DNA of 64,000 nucleotides from an uncultured virus (IMG/VR IMGVR_UViG_3300034200_001934) (Duplodnaviria > Heunggongvirae > Uroviricota > Caudoviricetes). Positions within the stretch are counted from its first letter, which is position 1. Every line of letters begins with the position of its first letter. Below the pieces are notes generated by a model. It did no database searches. It was not told where the DNA came from and saw only the letters and a list, made by a program, of their open reading frames with translations. The position numbers were made by a program, and so were the translations under genes. Shown piece after piece: positions 8,117 through 18,108 of this stretch. The stretch is from the IMG/VR virus record IMGVR_UViG_3300034200_001934; one strand, 5' to 3'.

Positions 8117-8805
8117 GTTGGAGAAATTCTTTATTAGATATTGCAGTTAACGAACATAATAGTTTCGAAAAAGAAGAATTGGTAAATTATGATGTTTATC
8201 AATTTGGTGTTTTCAATGGTGGGTCAATGAAAGAAATTGCTTCCATTTTAAATAAGCACAAAATAGAAGTGAATACTTTTCACGGGTTTGATGTTTTTAC
8301 GGGAATGCCAAAAGAAACAGCAGAACCTATTTTCCAAGATTCTTGGAATCCAGATATTTTTCCAGATGAATTCAATGTTCTTAAATATATGAGTCTGGAT
8401 ACCCCAGATGATTGTGCAAAGTATATTGAGCAAGAAGTTCAGAATATCTTTACAGGTAAAAATAATCAAAGTAAAGTATCTGTTGTTGCTGGACTTGTTG
8501 AGGAAACTCTTCCAAAACAAAAAGATTTAAACCCAGCATTTTATGTCGATTTTGATTTAGATATCTATTCCCCAACAAAATATGCATTTGATTATTTGAT
8601 GGAGAATAACCTCATTGTTCCTGGTACTTTAATTGGATATGATGATTGGGGTGGAACTCCAGGATTTGAGGAATTTAAAGACGGAGAATCACGAGCACAT
8701 AAAGAGATTCTAGATAAGTGGGGAATCTCTATGACTAAATTATATCAAAATGGATATGCGTATCCACACGTACAAACTCTTTGGATAGTAGATAGCTTAG
8801 AATGA
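8113..8805 (+). CDS. TylF/MycF-like sugar O-methyltransferase
   Basis: FGVFNG, GFDVFTGMP, DFDLDIYSPT, YDDW. Confidence 0.75.
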   Translation: MSWRNSLLDIAVNEHNSFEKEELVNYDVYQFGVFNGGSMKEIASILNKHKIEVNTFHGFDVFTGMPKETAEPIFQDSWNPDIFPDEFNVLKYMSLDTPDDCAKYIEQEVQNIFTGKNNQSKVSVVAGLVEETLPKQKDLNPAFYVDFDLDIYSPTKYAFDYLMENNLIVPGTLIGYDDWGGTPGFEEFKDGESRAHKEILDKWGISMTKLYQNGYAYPHVQTLWIVDSLE

Positions 8806-9650
8806 AAATTTCAGTATTAGGTTCAAGTGGTCAGGTTGGAGCATATCTGACCGAATATCTTCGTGGAAAAGGTCATACCGTCAATGAATTTGATGTTGTG
8901 AATGGATCAGAACAAGATATGACAGTTATTCCAAATCAAAACCTGGAAGATAATATTAAAGATTCTGATTTTGTATTCTTCCTTGCATTTGATGTGGGTG
9001 GTTCTCGTTATCTTAAAAAGTATCAGCACACATTCCAGTTCATTGATAACAATGCACGTCTGATGGCAAATGCTTTTGGACTTCTTAAGAAGTATAATAA
9101 GAGGTTTGTTTTTGCCTCATCTCAGATGAGTAATATGAGTTATTCTCCATACGGAGTTCTGAAGAATGTTGGTGAACTTTATACCAAGTCTCTCAATGGA
9201 CTTATTGTTAAGTTCTGGAATGTATATGGTATTGAAAAAGATCACGATAAAGCACACGTTATTACTGACTTCATCCGTAAAGGATTTGAGACTGGTGTAA
9301 TCGATATGCTTACTGATGGTCAAGAGCAACGTGAGTTTCTTTATGCTGAAGATTGCTGCGAAGCACTAGAGGCAATTATGGAAAACTATAATGACTTTAC
9401 TTCGGAAGATAATCTTCACATCACAAGTTTCCATTCCACAAAGATTCTTGATATTGCAAATATTATTTCTGGTCAATTTAATTTGATTGATAAGTCAGTG
9501 AAGATTCAACCATCAGAAGAAAAAGATTCTGTTCAAATGGATAAGAGAAATCTTCCAGATACATATTTGACTAAGTGGTGGATGCCAAAAACAACTATCG
9601 AGCAAGGCATTGCTAAAGTCTTTGAGGCAATGAAGAATGAGCAAGTTTAA
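8802..9650 (+). CDS. NAD-dependent epimerase/dehydratase (extended SDR)
   Basis: GSSGQVG, YGVLK (YxxxK), NVYG. Confidence 0.85.
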   Translation: MKISVLGSSGQVGAYLTEYLRGKGHTVNEFDVVNGSEQDMTVIPNQNLEDNIKDSDFVFFLAFDVGGSRYLKKYQHTFQFIDNNARLMANAFGLLKKYNKRFVFASSQMSNMSYSPYGVLKNVGELYTKSLNGLIVKFWNVYGIEKDHDKAHVITDFIRKGFETGVIDMLTDGQEQREFLYAEDCCEALEAIMENYNDFTSEDNLHITSFHSTKILDIANIISGQFNLIDKSVKIQPSEEKDSVQMDKRNLPDTYLTKWWMPKTTIEQGIAKVFEAMKNEQV

Positions 9651-10437
9651 GATTAATCTTTACTGCAATGATTCTCTTCTTCCCTCAACCTCAGATAAAA
9701 ACACTTCTAAGTTTACTGAGTGGGTTTATGATGGTTCTGGAGAAGTTAATTTCTATGTAAATCAACGTTCTCTAGAAGCATTTTCTACAGTTCAGACTAA
9801 ACCAACATATATTTGGTTGTTGGAATCCAAGCAAATCATCAAACCAATCTATGATTGGGTTATTAAAAACTATGAGTTTGCTGCTACTAGAGTTGAGGGT
9901 ATTTTCAGTTGTGATAGAGAATTATGTGAAAAATATCCTAAAATTAAATATGCACTTAGCAATGCTGCACCTTGGGTTGTAGATAGACAGATATTTGAGA
10001 AGACTAAATTAGTTTCTATGGTATCTTCAAATAAGTCTATGGTTCCAGGGCATATAAAGAGACTTGAGTTTGTAAATAAGTTTAAGGACCAAGTTGATTT
10101 ATTTGGTAGGGGTATCCGAGATATTTCTAGTAAAGAAGAAGCACTAAAGGATTATATGTTCTCTATTGCAGTAGAAAACGCAGTCTATGATACTTATTTC
10201 ACTGAGAAAATTACAGATTGCTTTGCTACAGGAACTATTCCAATTTTTTATGGATGTAGAGGAATTACCGAGTATTTCAATGAAGACGGAATTATATTCT
10301 TAGATGATGATTTCGATACTTCTTCATTGACAGAAGATCTTTATTATTCTAAAATTGATGCAGTTAAAGATAATTTTGAACGTTCTTTAAACCTTCCTGT
10401 TGCGGAAGATTTTATTTATACCAACTATTTTAAATGA
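9637..10437 (+). CDS. GT10-like (alpha-1,3-fucosyltransferase family) glycosyltransferase
   Basis: YMFSIAVEN...YFTEKITDCF..GTIPIFYG. Confidence 0.8.
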   Translation: MSKFKINLYCNDSLLPSTSDKNTSKFTEWVYDGSGEVNFYVNQRSLEAFSTVQTKPTYIWLLESKQIIKPIYDWVIKNYEFAATRVEGIFSCDRELCEKYPKIKYALSNAAPWVVDRQIFEKTKLVSMVSSNKSMVPGHIKRLEFVNKFKDQVDLFGRGIRDISSKEEALKDYMFSIAVENAVYDTYFTEKITDCFATGTIPIFYGCRGITEYFNEDGIIFLDDDFDTSSLTEDLYYSKIDAVKDNFERSLNLPVAEDFIYTNYFK

Positions 10438-11090
10438 GTCAATACAAATATTTTTCGGAAAATAATGTTAAAGTCGATGGAGTAATTCACGTTGGTGCTC
10501 ATCGTGGTGAAGAAATTTATGATTATGAAAAACTTGGTGCTAAACAAATTATCTGGGTTGAACCAAACCCAGATGTTTTTAAAGAATTGGAAATTGCATT
10601 AAGTCGAGCAGAAACAACGGTAGAGTCTCATGGATTTTGTGTAGCAGCAAGCGATAGTGATTGTGAAGAGATTGATTTTCATATTTGCTATGGACCAGAT
10701 GCTGGATTTATGACTGGCAATAAAGGTTGCTCTTCACTTCTTAAACCAAAAGGAAGATTTGAGGAGTGGCATAGAGAAACTATTAAAGTTGAAACTGTAA
10801 AGTTGGATACTCTTATTGAGTCTAATGAATTTAATTATTCTGATTTTCAACTTTTGGATATGGATACACAAGGTGCAGAACTTCTTGTTCTGAGGGGTGC
10901 TACTAAAGTCCTTGAAGAAGTTAAGTATGTAACCACAGAAGCAACTTGGAATAATCCAGATTACGTTAATAATGTAATGTTTGATGAACTCAAGGATTAT
11001 TTGAAAGGATTTGGGTTTGAGCACGTAGAAACTTTTGAGCATACTTCTGATTGGGGAGATGCACTTTTTGTAAAAACAAATAAGGAGTAA
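10434..11090 (+). CDS. FkbM-family methyltransferase
   Basis: HVGAHRGEE, VEPNP, MDTQGAELLVLRG. Confidence 0.85.
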   Translation: MSQYKYFSENNVKVDGVIHVGAHRGEEIYDYEKLGAKQIIWVEPNPDVFKELEIALSRAETTVESHGFCVAASDSDCEEIDFHICYGPDAGFMTGNKGCSSLLKPKGRFEEWHRETIKVETVKLDTLIESNEFNYSDFQLLDMDTQGAELLVLRGATKVLEEVKYVTTEATWNNPDYVNNVMFDELKDYLKGFGFEHVETFEHTSDWGDALFVKTNKE

Positions 11091-11091
11091 A

Positions 11092-11985
11092 ATGGCAATT
11101 TCATTTAATGGTCTTGGCAATGCTGGACGACTTGGAAATCAAATGTTCCAATATGCTGCTATTCGAGGTATTGCGGCAAATCGTGGTTTTGATTGGATGA
11201 TTCCCCCAGAGGGATCAGATAGGTGTGATAATTATGGACTTTTTGATGCATTTAAGTTGAGTAATTGCAAAGATAAAAACCAAGGAGAACAATCAAAACA
11301 GACAATTTCTTGGAGAGAATTCCACTTTAATGAGAAAATTTTTAATGAATGTCCTGACAATGTAGATATTGACGGATATTTTCAATCTGAAAAGTATTTT
11401 AAAAATATTTCAGATGAAATTCGTCAAGATTTTGTATTTAAAGATGAGTGGTTAGAACCCTGCAAAGAATATATTGAAAGTATTGGTAATGATAAACTAG
11501 TATTCCTGCACGTTCGTAGAGGAAATCCCAATCTCCAGGGAGTAAGAGGAGAGCGTTGGTCATATCAAATGCTTCAACAATATCATCCTTTGTGTAAATT
11601 TGATTATTATGAGGAAGCACTTAAGGAATTTGATGATTCTTATCAAGTGATTGTTTTTTCTGACGTTATTGAATGGTGCAAAAATCAAGAATTTTTTAAA
11701 GGAGATAAATTCTTGTTTTCTGATAATTCACTTGAATTGTTTTCAGATGGTGCTTCTGTTCCTTATATTGATCTTTGCTTGATGTCTCTTTGTTCTGACG
11801 CTATTATTGCTAATAGTTCTCTTTCATGGTGGGGTGCTTGGTTAATTGGTAATCCAAATAAAAAAGTAGTTGCACCAAAACCTTGGTTTGGTCCAGCATA
11901 TGATTATTATATTATGGATGATTTGATTCCAGATGGTTGGATTGAAAAATATAACGATCCTAAAGAAATTGCACCTGAGGTTTGA
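11092..11985 (+). CDS. GT11 (alpha-1,2-fucosyltransferase family) glycosyltransferase
   Basis: GRLGNQMFQYA, GYFQSEKYF, HVRRG, IANSSLSWWGAWL. Confidence 0.88.
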   Translation: MAISFNGLGNAGRLGNQMFQYAAIRGIAANRGFDWMIPPEGSDRCDNYGLFDAFKLSNCKDKNQGEQSKQTISWREFHFNEKIFNECPDNVDIDGYFQSEKYFKNISDEIRQDFVFKDEWLEPCKEYIESIGNDKLVFLHVRRGNPNLQGVRGERWSYQMLQQYHPLCKFDYYEEALKEFDDSYQVIVFSDVIEWCKNQEFFKGDKFLFSDNSLELFSDGASVPYIDLCLMSLCSDAIIANSSLSWWGAWLIGNPNKKVVAPKPWFGPAYDYYIMDDLIPDGWIEKYNDPKEIAPEV

Positions 11986-11986
11986 T

Positions 11987-12805
11987 ATGGAAATTGATTT
12001 TTTACTACCTTGTCGAATAGAATCAGAAGATAGACTTAGAAATGTCATTACTTCGGTGACATATCTTCTATCTAATTTTCCAAATTCCAATGTTATTATT
12101 AAAGAAGTTGATTCTCATTCTCATTTTAAATTCAGAGCACTTCCAGAAATAAAAAAATATACAGATACTACCAACTTAATTCATCATTTTGAAGATAGTC
12201 AGGAAAAATTTTTCCATAAAACTAAAATTTTAAATGACCTTCTTTGTTTATCAACAAAAGATATTGTTTACAATTATGATGTTGATGTTATAATTCCCTA
12301 CGATAGTATTCTTTTTTCTAATCAGGCAATAATTAATAATCAATGTGATGCTGTTTATCCATTTGGTTGCGGTGTATATCAATGGGCAGTAAATTATTCT
12401 TCCGAGTTACTGGAAAAGTTTATTTTAAGTAAGTTTGATTTAAATGTGATTATACAACAATCCGATAGAAGATCTTCTACTATTGGTTGGGGACAAATGA
12501 TAAAGAGGAAAGTTTATATCGATAGTTACATGTGGAACGAAAATTTTATTTCTTGGGGTGCTGAGGATTGTGAATTTTATTATCGGTTAAGTTCTCTTGG
12601 ATATACTATTGGGAGAGTGAATGATGATGTATTCCATCTTGAGCATGGACGAACATTTAATTCTCACTATAATAATCCTAAGTTCTCTGATAATTATAAG
12701 TTGTGGCAATGGATGAGAAATCAAGATAAAGAAACAATAGTAGAATATTATGAAAACCAAGAATATGTTAAAGAAAGGAGGAAAGAATTAAATGTTAGCC
12801 TTTAA
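11987..12805 (+). CDS. GT-A fold glycosyltransferase (GT2/GT7C-like)
   Basis: YDVD (DxD), NENFISWGAED, VFHLEH. Confidence 0.75.
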   Translation: MEIDFLLPCRIESEDRLRNVITSVTYLLSNFPNSNVIIKEVDSHSHFKFRALPEIKKYTDTTNLIHHFEDSQEKFFHKTKILNDLLCLSTKDIVYNYDVDVIIPYDSILFSNQAIINNQCDAVYPFGCGVYQWAVNYSSELLEKFILSKFDLNVIIQQSDRRSSTIGWGQMIKRKVYIDSYMWNENFISWGAEDCEFYYRLSSLGYTIGRVNDDVFHLEHGRTFNSHYNNPKFSDNYKLWQWMRNQDKETIVEYYENQEYVKERRKELNVSL

Positions 12806-13649
12806 TCAATTGGGAAATGTTGGAAGATTGGGAAATCAAATGTTCCAATATGCTGCTCTTAAGGGTATTGCTAAAAGAATGGGATATGATTATTGTATAC
12901 CTCCCTTCAATTCTCCCAGAGTAGATAACTATAGTTTAAATAAATGCTTTAAATTGAGTTCTCTTAATAGTAATAATTTTGGTATACTTGATAGAGGACA
13001 TGCACCAATCGTTATCGAAAAGCATTTCCATTATGATGAAGAACTGCACGGTCTTTGTCCAAATGATGTGAGTATTCATGGATTTTTTCAATCTGAAAAA
13101 TACTTCAAACATATTGGTGATGAAATTCGTGAAGACTTTACTTTCTATGATGAGTTTCTCACTGCTTGTTCAGAATTAATTAATTCACTTGATGCTGCAC
13201 CTTTATTTCTTCATGTTCGTCGTGGTGATCCAAACTTAACAGATGCAAGGGGATTTAAATGGTCTTATACGCAGTGCTCTTCTCAGCATCCTCCCCAATC
13301 TTTGGAATACTATGAAGAGGCATTAAAAAAGTTTCCCGACAATCAACCCGTTATTGTTTGTTCTGATTCTCCAGAATGGGTGCAAGAACAGGAGATTTTT
13401 AATGGAGATAGATTTTTTGTTTCTGAACCTGAAGAGAAGTATCCAGATGGATCATATACTCCTTATGTTGATCTTTGTTTAATGTCTCTTTGTTCTGGTG
13501 CAATCATTGCAAATAGTTCTCTTTCCTGGTGGGGAGCTTGGTTGCAGAATGGAAGAGGAACTGTGGTTGCACCAAAAAATTGGTTTGGACCAGATTATGC
13601 TGATAAAGAAACCAAAGATTTGTATTGTGATGATTGGATTGTACTATGA
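12792..13649 (+). CDS. GT11 glycosyltransferase, second paralog
   Basis: GRLGNQMFQYA, HVRRGD, IANSSLSWWGAWL. Confidence 0.88.
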   Translation: MLAFNQLGNVGRLGNQMFQYAALKGIAKRMGYDYCIPPFNSPRVDNYSLNKCFKLSSLNSNNFGILDRGHAPIVIEKHFHYDEELHGLCPNDVSIHGFFQSEKYFKHIGDEIREDFTFYDEFLTACSELINSLDAAPLFLHVRRGDPNLTDARGFKWSYTQCSSQHPPQSLEYYEEALKKFPDNQPVIVCSDSPEWVQEQEIFNGDRFFVSEPEEKYPDGSYTPYVDLCLMSLCSGAIIANSSLSWWGAWLQNGRGTVVAPKNWFGPDYADKETKDLYCDDWIVL

Positions 13650-14443
13650 AAGAAATTAATAAATCTGCATATAAACTAAAAAATATTGGTCCAATTTATT
13701 ATTTGAATCTGGATGGTCAACCAGAAAGGCGTGAGTATATGGAAGACCAATTTAAATATTGGGAAATTAATAACTATACTCGTATATCTGCATATGATGG
13801 TAGAGAAGATGATCTAAGTGATATTATTTCTGGGAGATATCCTTTTGGGATGACTTCTGGTGAAATAGGGTGTACTACTTCTCATTTGAAAGCAATTAAG
13901 CATTGGATGGAAACATCAGATAGCCCATATGCAATAATTATGGAAGATGATGTTGATTTAAGTATAGTTAATAATTGGGATTTTACTTGGAGTCAATTTT
14001 ATTCTTTGATTCCCTATGATTGGGATGTAATTCAACTTGCAATTATTTGTACTGGTAATCTTCATGTTCAATTGCATAAAAGATTTGTAAATGACTTTTC
14101 AACTGCTTGTTATATTATTAGTAGACATCATGCCGAAAAATTGATTAAACATCATATTCGGGGTGAAAAATATAAACTTGATAATGGTGTAAAACCACGA
14201 GCAGTTGCTGATGACCTAATTTATAATTCTGGAAATACTTATTCCATTCCAATTTTTCTATATCGTATTGCCTTGGGGTCTTCAATTCATCCAGAACACA
14301 TTGATATTTTTCATCGTTCTAGTCACGATGGACTTTTAAACTTTTGGCAACAGAATGGAGCAAATTTAAAAATATCAGATTTGATGAATTATGATCCATA
14401 CCTGGGAAGAATTACTTCTCCGGAAAATACTTCAAGTTCTTGA
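13634..14443 (+). CDS. GT25 family glycosyltransferase
   Basis: YLNL...ERR, RISAYDG, GEIGCTTSH, IMEDD. Confidence 0.82.
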   Translation: MDCTMKEINKSAYKLKNIGPIYYLNLDGQPERREYMEDQFKYWEINNYTRISAYDGREDDLSDIISGRYPFGMTSGEIGCTTSHLKAIKHWMETSDSPYAIIMEDDVDLSIVNNWDFTWSQFYSLIPYDWDVIQLAIICTGNLHVQLHKRFVNDFSTACYIISRHHAEKLIKHHIRGEKYKLDNGVKPRAVADDLIYNSGNTYSIPIFLYRIALGSSIHPEHIDIFHRSSHDGLLNFWQQNGANLKISDLMNYDPYLGRITSPENTSSS

Positions 14444-14537
14444 CAGAACTTTTACTTATCTGATATGCTAAATAAGTACTTAAGAATTCTGTTGTAATTC
14501 TTAACATCTAACTGTCGTTTAGTACTAAAACACTTTT

Positions 14538-16004
14538 ATGAAACTCAAACAACTGATGCTTGCACCTGTTGCTCTGGGGATGGTTGCTCCTGTTGCTGCG
14601 AATGCCGCAGACCTTAACATGGCAGCAGTCAACCAATACTCTTCAGAACAAGTTACAAGCGTTACTCAATTTTCTGATGTTCGTCCTACCGATTGGGCAT
14701 ATCAGGCACTCAGCAACCTCGTAGAGCGTTATGGTTGCGTTGCTGGTTATCCCAACGGCACCTTTGGTGGTAGTAAAGCAATGACCCGTTATGAGGCAGC
14801 AGCACTTCTGAATGCTTGCCTTGATCGTGTGACCGAAGTTACCGATGAACTGAAGCGTCTTCAGGCAGAATTTGCACAAGAACTTGCTGTTCTTCGTGGT
14901 CGTGTAGATAAACTGGAAGCACAAGTCACTACACTTGAGGCACAACAGTTCTCCACCACTACCAAACTGCGTGGTGAAGCAAACTTTGTAATCGGTGGTG
15001 TTGATGATTACCAAACCAAAGATGGTGATATCACTCGTACCGCATTCAATTACGATCTGCGACTGAACCTGGATACTTCATTCACTGGAAAAGATTTGCT
15101 TCGCACTCGTCTGCGTTCTGCTAACTTCAGTAGCAATCCTTTTGGTTCCAGTTCTTCAATCTTCAAACTGGATAAAGCAGATGATACTTCTAGTGAAGTT
15201 GGCAACAACGTAGTTATTGATCGTCTGTTCTATCAGTTCCCCGTATTCAATGGTAGCACTACCCTGACTGCTGGTGCTCTGGTACGTAACACTGAAATGT
15301 CTTGGATTCCTACTGCCTACAAGTCAAATATTCTTGACTTCTTCCAAGTAGCAGGTGCTCCTGGTGTTTATAACAAGGCAACTGGTTCGGGTTTTGGTGT
15401 TCAGTATGGCAAGAAAGGTCTTGTTGCTGGTGTAAACTATGTGGCACAAAATGGTGCTGATAGTTCTACTGGTGAGTTTGACAAGTCTGGTGCTCTTAAT
15501 ACCTTGGCACAAATTGGTTATCGTGGTGATAACTGGGGTGCTGCATTCGGTTATCGTTATGGTACTGAAGGCACTCGTGTTCGCACCTACAATGGTCTGA
15601 ACGGTGCATCGGGTGCTCTGGTTCCTGGTCAAACCTCTAACGGTTATGCCGTGAACGCATACTGGGAACCAACTCAATCTGGTTGGGTTCCCTCCATCTC
15701 TGGTGGTTATGGTTGGAACACTGTAAGTGGCACTCAAAGTGATGCTACCAACAGCCAGTCCTGGTTTGCTGGTCTCACTTGGGATGATGTATTTGTTGAT
15801 GGTAACTCTGCTGGTGTTGCTATCGGTCAGGCACCTACTGGAGAAAATCTTGAAAAGGCAACTATGCTTGAAATCTTCTACAAGTATCAAGTGTCTGATA
15901 ACATCAGCGTCACTCCTGCTATCATCTACGGTAGTGACAATCAACGTCTTGCTGGCAACTCCTCTAATTGGGGTGGTGTAATCCAGACGACCTTCAAGTT
16001 CTGA
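14538..16004 (+). CDS. Cyanobacterial outer-membrane porin (SLH domain plus OprB-type barrel, Som-like)
   Basis: Signal peptide, FSDVRPTDWAYQAL...YGCVAGYP SLH, FSTTTKL, C-terminal TTFKF; TTGACA-N18-TATGCT promoter upstream. Confidence 0.92.
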   Translation: MKLKQLMLAPVALGMVAPVAANAADLNMAAVNQYSSEQVTSVTQFSDVRPTDWAYQALSNLVERYGCVAGYPNGTFGGSKAMTRYEAAALLNACLDRVTEVTDELKRLQAEFAQELAVLRGRVDKLEAQVTTLEAQQFSTTTKLRGEANFVIGGVDDYQTKDGDITRTAFNYDLRLNLDTSFTGKDLLRTRLRSANFSSNPFGSSSSIFKLDKADDTSSEVGNNVVIDRLFYQFPVFNGSTTLTAGALVRNTEMSWIPTAYKSNILDFFQVAGAPGVYNKATGSGFGVQYGKKGLVAGVNYVAQNGADSSTGEFDKSGALNTLAQIGYRGDNWGAAFGYRYGTEGTRVRTYNGLNGASGALVPGQTSNGYAVNAYWEPTQSGWVPSISGGYGWNTVSGTQSDATNSQSWFAGLTWDDVFVDGNSAGVAIGQAPTGENLEKATMLEIFYKYQVSDNISVTPAIIYGSDNQRLAGNSSNWGGVIQTTFKF

Positions 16005-16026
16005 TAAACTACTCATAACTTGAGTG

Positions 16027-16054
16027 AAAGCACTCCGAAATGGGGTGCTTTTTA
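16027..16054 (+). terminator. Rho-independent terminator
   Basis: AAAGCACTCC-GAAAT-GGGGTGCTTT then Ts. Confidence 0.7.
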
Positions 16055-16069
16055 TTAGGTAATGAAAAC

Positions 16070-16098
16070 CTTAACCAAATCTTAGTGGACTTTAAGGT
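16070..16098 (+). promoter_or_regulatory. Putative Pho box upstream of pstS
   Basis: CTTAACCA / CTTAGTGG / TTTAAGGT repeats at 10-11 bp spacing ahead of a TAGTAT/TATTAT -10. Confidence 0.55.
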
Positions 16099-16151
16099 TT
16101 CATTCTAGTATTATTACTTACGAAGTCAATTCACTTCTAAACTCTTTTTTT

Positions 16152-17114
16152 ATGAAACTGAAACACATTTTTGCTGTTGGTCTAGTTGCTGCTCCTACTG
16201 CTGCTCTTGCTGGACCTACTATTAATGGTGCGGGTGCTACTTTCCCTGCTCCAATTTATCAACGATGGTTCCAAGATTATGCACGAACTACTGGGAATAG
16301 GGTTAATTATCAGTCCGTTGGTTCTGGTGCTGGTGTTCGTCAATTTATTGCGGGCACAGTTAACTTCGGAGCAAGTGATGAACCAATCAAAGCATCAGAA
16401 ATCAAACAAGTGAAGCGTGGTGTCGTTCAAATTCCTATGGTGGGTGGGACGATTGCTGTTGCTTATAACAAGACTGGTTGCACTCTGAAACTAACCCAGA
16501 AGCAAACTGTAGATATTTTTGCTGGTCGTATTAAGGATTGGAAAGCACTTGGATGTGCTGCTGGTCCTATTCGTACTGTATATCGTGCAGATGGTTCTGG
16601 AACTACCTATGCATTCACTAACTCTCTAGATGCTTTTGGTGGATGGAATGCAGGTGTAGGTAAGTCTGTAAAGTGGCCTACTGGTATTGGTGCTAAAGGT
16701 AATGAGGGTGTTGCTGGTAGTATCCGACAAACTCCAGGTTCTATTGGTTATGTAAACACTGGATTTGTAAAAGCAAACAAACTCCAAGCAGCAGCAATTC
16801 AAAACAAGGCAGGTAAGTTTGTTCTTCCTACCGCTGCTTCTGGTTCTGCTGCTCTGAATGGTATCAAACTGGATGCAAACCTTGCAGGTGAAAATCCAAA
16901 TCCTGCTGGTGCAACTGCATATCCAATTTCAACTCTGACTTGGGTTCTTGCTTATAAGACTGGTAATGGTGCTAATGCTGTTGCCATCCGCAACGCACTC
17001 AACTATGCACTGAGTTCAAAGGCACAATCAATTGCTGATGACCTTGGATATGTTCCTCTGAGTGGTTCTATTCTCAACCGAGCAAGGATTGCAGTAAACC
17101 GAATCGGTCAGTAA
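16152..17114 (+). CDS. pstS: Phosphate ABC transporter substrate-binding protein
   Basis: GAGATFP, YQSVGSGAG, FGASD, RADGSGTT, GAKGNEGV, YPI. Confidence 0.96.
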   Translation: MKLKHIFAVGLVAAPTAALAGPTINGAGATFPAPIYQRWFQDYARTTGNRVNYQSVGSGAGVRQFIAGTVNFGASDEPIKASEIKQVKRGVVQIPMVGGTIAVAYNKTGCTLKLTQKQTVDIFAGRIKDWKALGCAAGPIRTVYRADGSGTTYAFTNSLDAFGGWNAGVGKSVKWPTGIGAKGNEGVAGSIRQTPGSIGYVNTGFVKANKLQAAAIQNKAGKFVLPTAASGSAALNGIKLDANLAGENPNPAGATAYPISTLTWVLAYKTGNGANAVAIRNALNYALSSKAQSIADDLGYVPLSGSILNRARIAVNRIGQ

Positions 17115-17133
17115 ATCCAAATAAAACCTTAAG

Positions 17134-17169
17134 GAGGGTCTTGACAGTCCCTCTTTTTTACTATATACT
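17134..17169 (+). terminator. Terminator with TTGACA in the loop; TTGACA-N17-TATACT promoter for hli
   Basis: GAGGG-TCTTGACAGT-CCCTC then a T tract; TATACT at 17164. Confidence 0.75.
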
Positions 17170-17195
17170 TTTGTTGTAAATCTTTACAAAAGATA

Positions 17196-17405
17196 ATGAC
17201 TGTAACAAAAAACGAGTTCGGGCAAATGAATATGTTTGCAAAAGAACCTTCGATGTATATGACTAAGGAAGACCTTGACCGTTATGGCATCGAACCTTAT
17301 GCTGAGAAGGCAGAAAAAATGAATGGTCGTTGGGCTATGATCGGCATCGTTGCAGGTGCTATTTCTTATGCACTAACTGGTAATCTTTTCTTCGGTGTTA
17401 TTTGA
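17196..17405 (+). CDS. hli: High-light-inducible protein
   Basis: AEKMNGRWAMIG chlorophyll-binding motif. Confidence 0.92.
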   Translation: MTVTKNEFGQMNMFAKEPSMYMTKEDLDRYGIEPYAEKAEKMNGRWAMIGIVAGAISYALTGNLFFGVI

Positions 17406-17414
17406 TACTTGACA

Positions 17415-17501
17415 ATGACTTCACTTCTCTTTACAATCACATCAGTTGCCTTCTTCGTTTTGTTGGCAGCATCTGTAGAAAAAATTTGTGAGACTTACTG
17501 A
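17415..17501 (+). CDS. Small single-TM protein (28 aa)
   Basis: [33 protein letters not shown] coupling to petF. Confidence 0.55.
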   Translation: MTSLLFTITSVAFFVLLAASVEKICETY

Positions 17502-17794
17502 TGACCGTTTTTAATATCACTCTTCAATCTCCCGATGGAACTGAAACCACAATCCAATGCCCTGACGATCAATACATTCTTGAAGCAGCAGAGGAAGCAG
17601 GTGTTGACCTTCCTTCTTCGTGTAAAGCAGGAGCTTGTTCTGCTTGTGCGGGGAAACTCATCTCTGGCACCGTAGATAATGAGGAGCAATCCTTCCTTGA
17701 TGATGACCAGATTGCAGAAGGTTGGGTTCTGACTTGTGTTGCATATCCAACAAGTGATTGTGTTATTCTTACCGAACAAGAGGAAAATTTGTGA
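17501..17794 (+). CDS. petF: Plant-type [2Fe-2S] ferredoxin
   Basis: CKAGACSAC...LTCVAYP. Confidence 0.96.
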   Translation: MTVFNITLQSPDGTETTIQCPDDQYILEAAEEAGVDLPSSCKAGACSACAGKLISGTVDNEEQSFLDDDQIAEGWVLTCVAYPTSDCVILTEQEENL

Positions 17795-18003
17795 GTGCTA
17801 ATATGCTAGGGCAATTCAATCTTGCCCTTCAAGAGTTAGTTGATAGTGGTGCCTGGGACCGAGATGTAGAACTAGAAGTTAAGATTGCAGGCACCCTTAA
17901 AAATGATAAGTTTATTGTAATCAAACCAATTAAAGAAAGAATGGTCTGCAACCCAGACCCCGAACTCAAACAAAAACACATTTATCAAGGAGAAAACAAA
18001 TGA
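17791..18003 (+). CDS. Hypothetical protein
   Basis: GTGA overlap with the petF stop. Confidence 0.55.
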   Translation: MSANMLGQFNLALQELVDSGAWDRDVELEVKIAGTLKNDKFIVIKPIKERMVCNPDPELKQKHIYQGENK

Positions 18004-18107
18004 ACGAACGTGCAGAACGTATTAATGGTTGGGCAGCAATGATTGGTATCGTTGCCGCAATTGGTAGTTATGCCCTGACTGGCCAAATTGTGCCCGGAAT
18101 TTGGTGA
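18000..18107 (+). CDS. hli: High-light-inducible protein (35 aa)
   Basis: [42 protein letters not shown]. Confidence 0.9.
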   Translation: MNERAERINGWAAMIGIVAAIGSYALTGQIVPGIW

Positions 18108-18108
18108 T

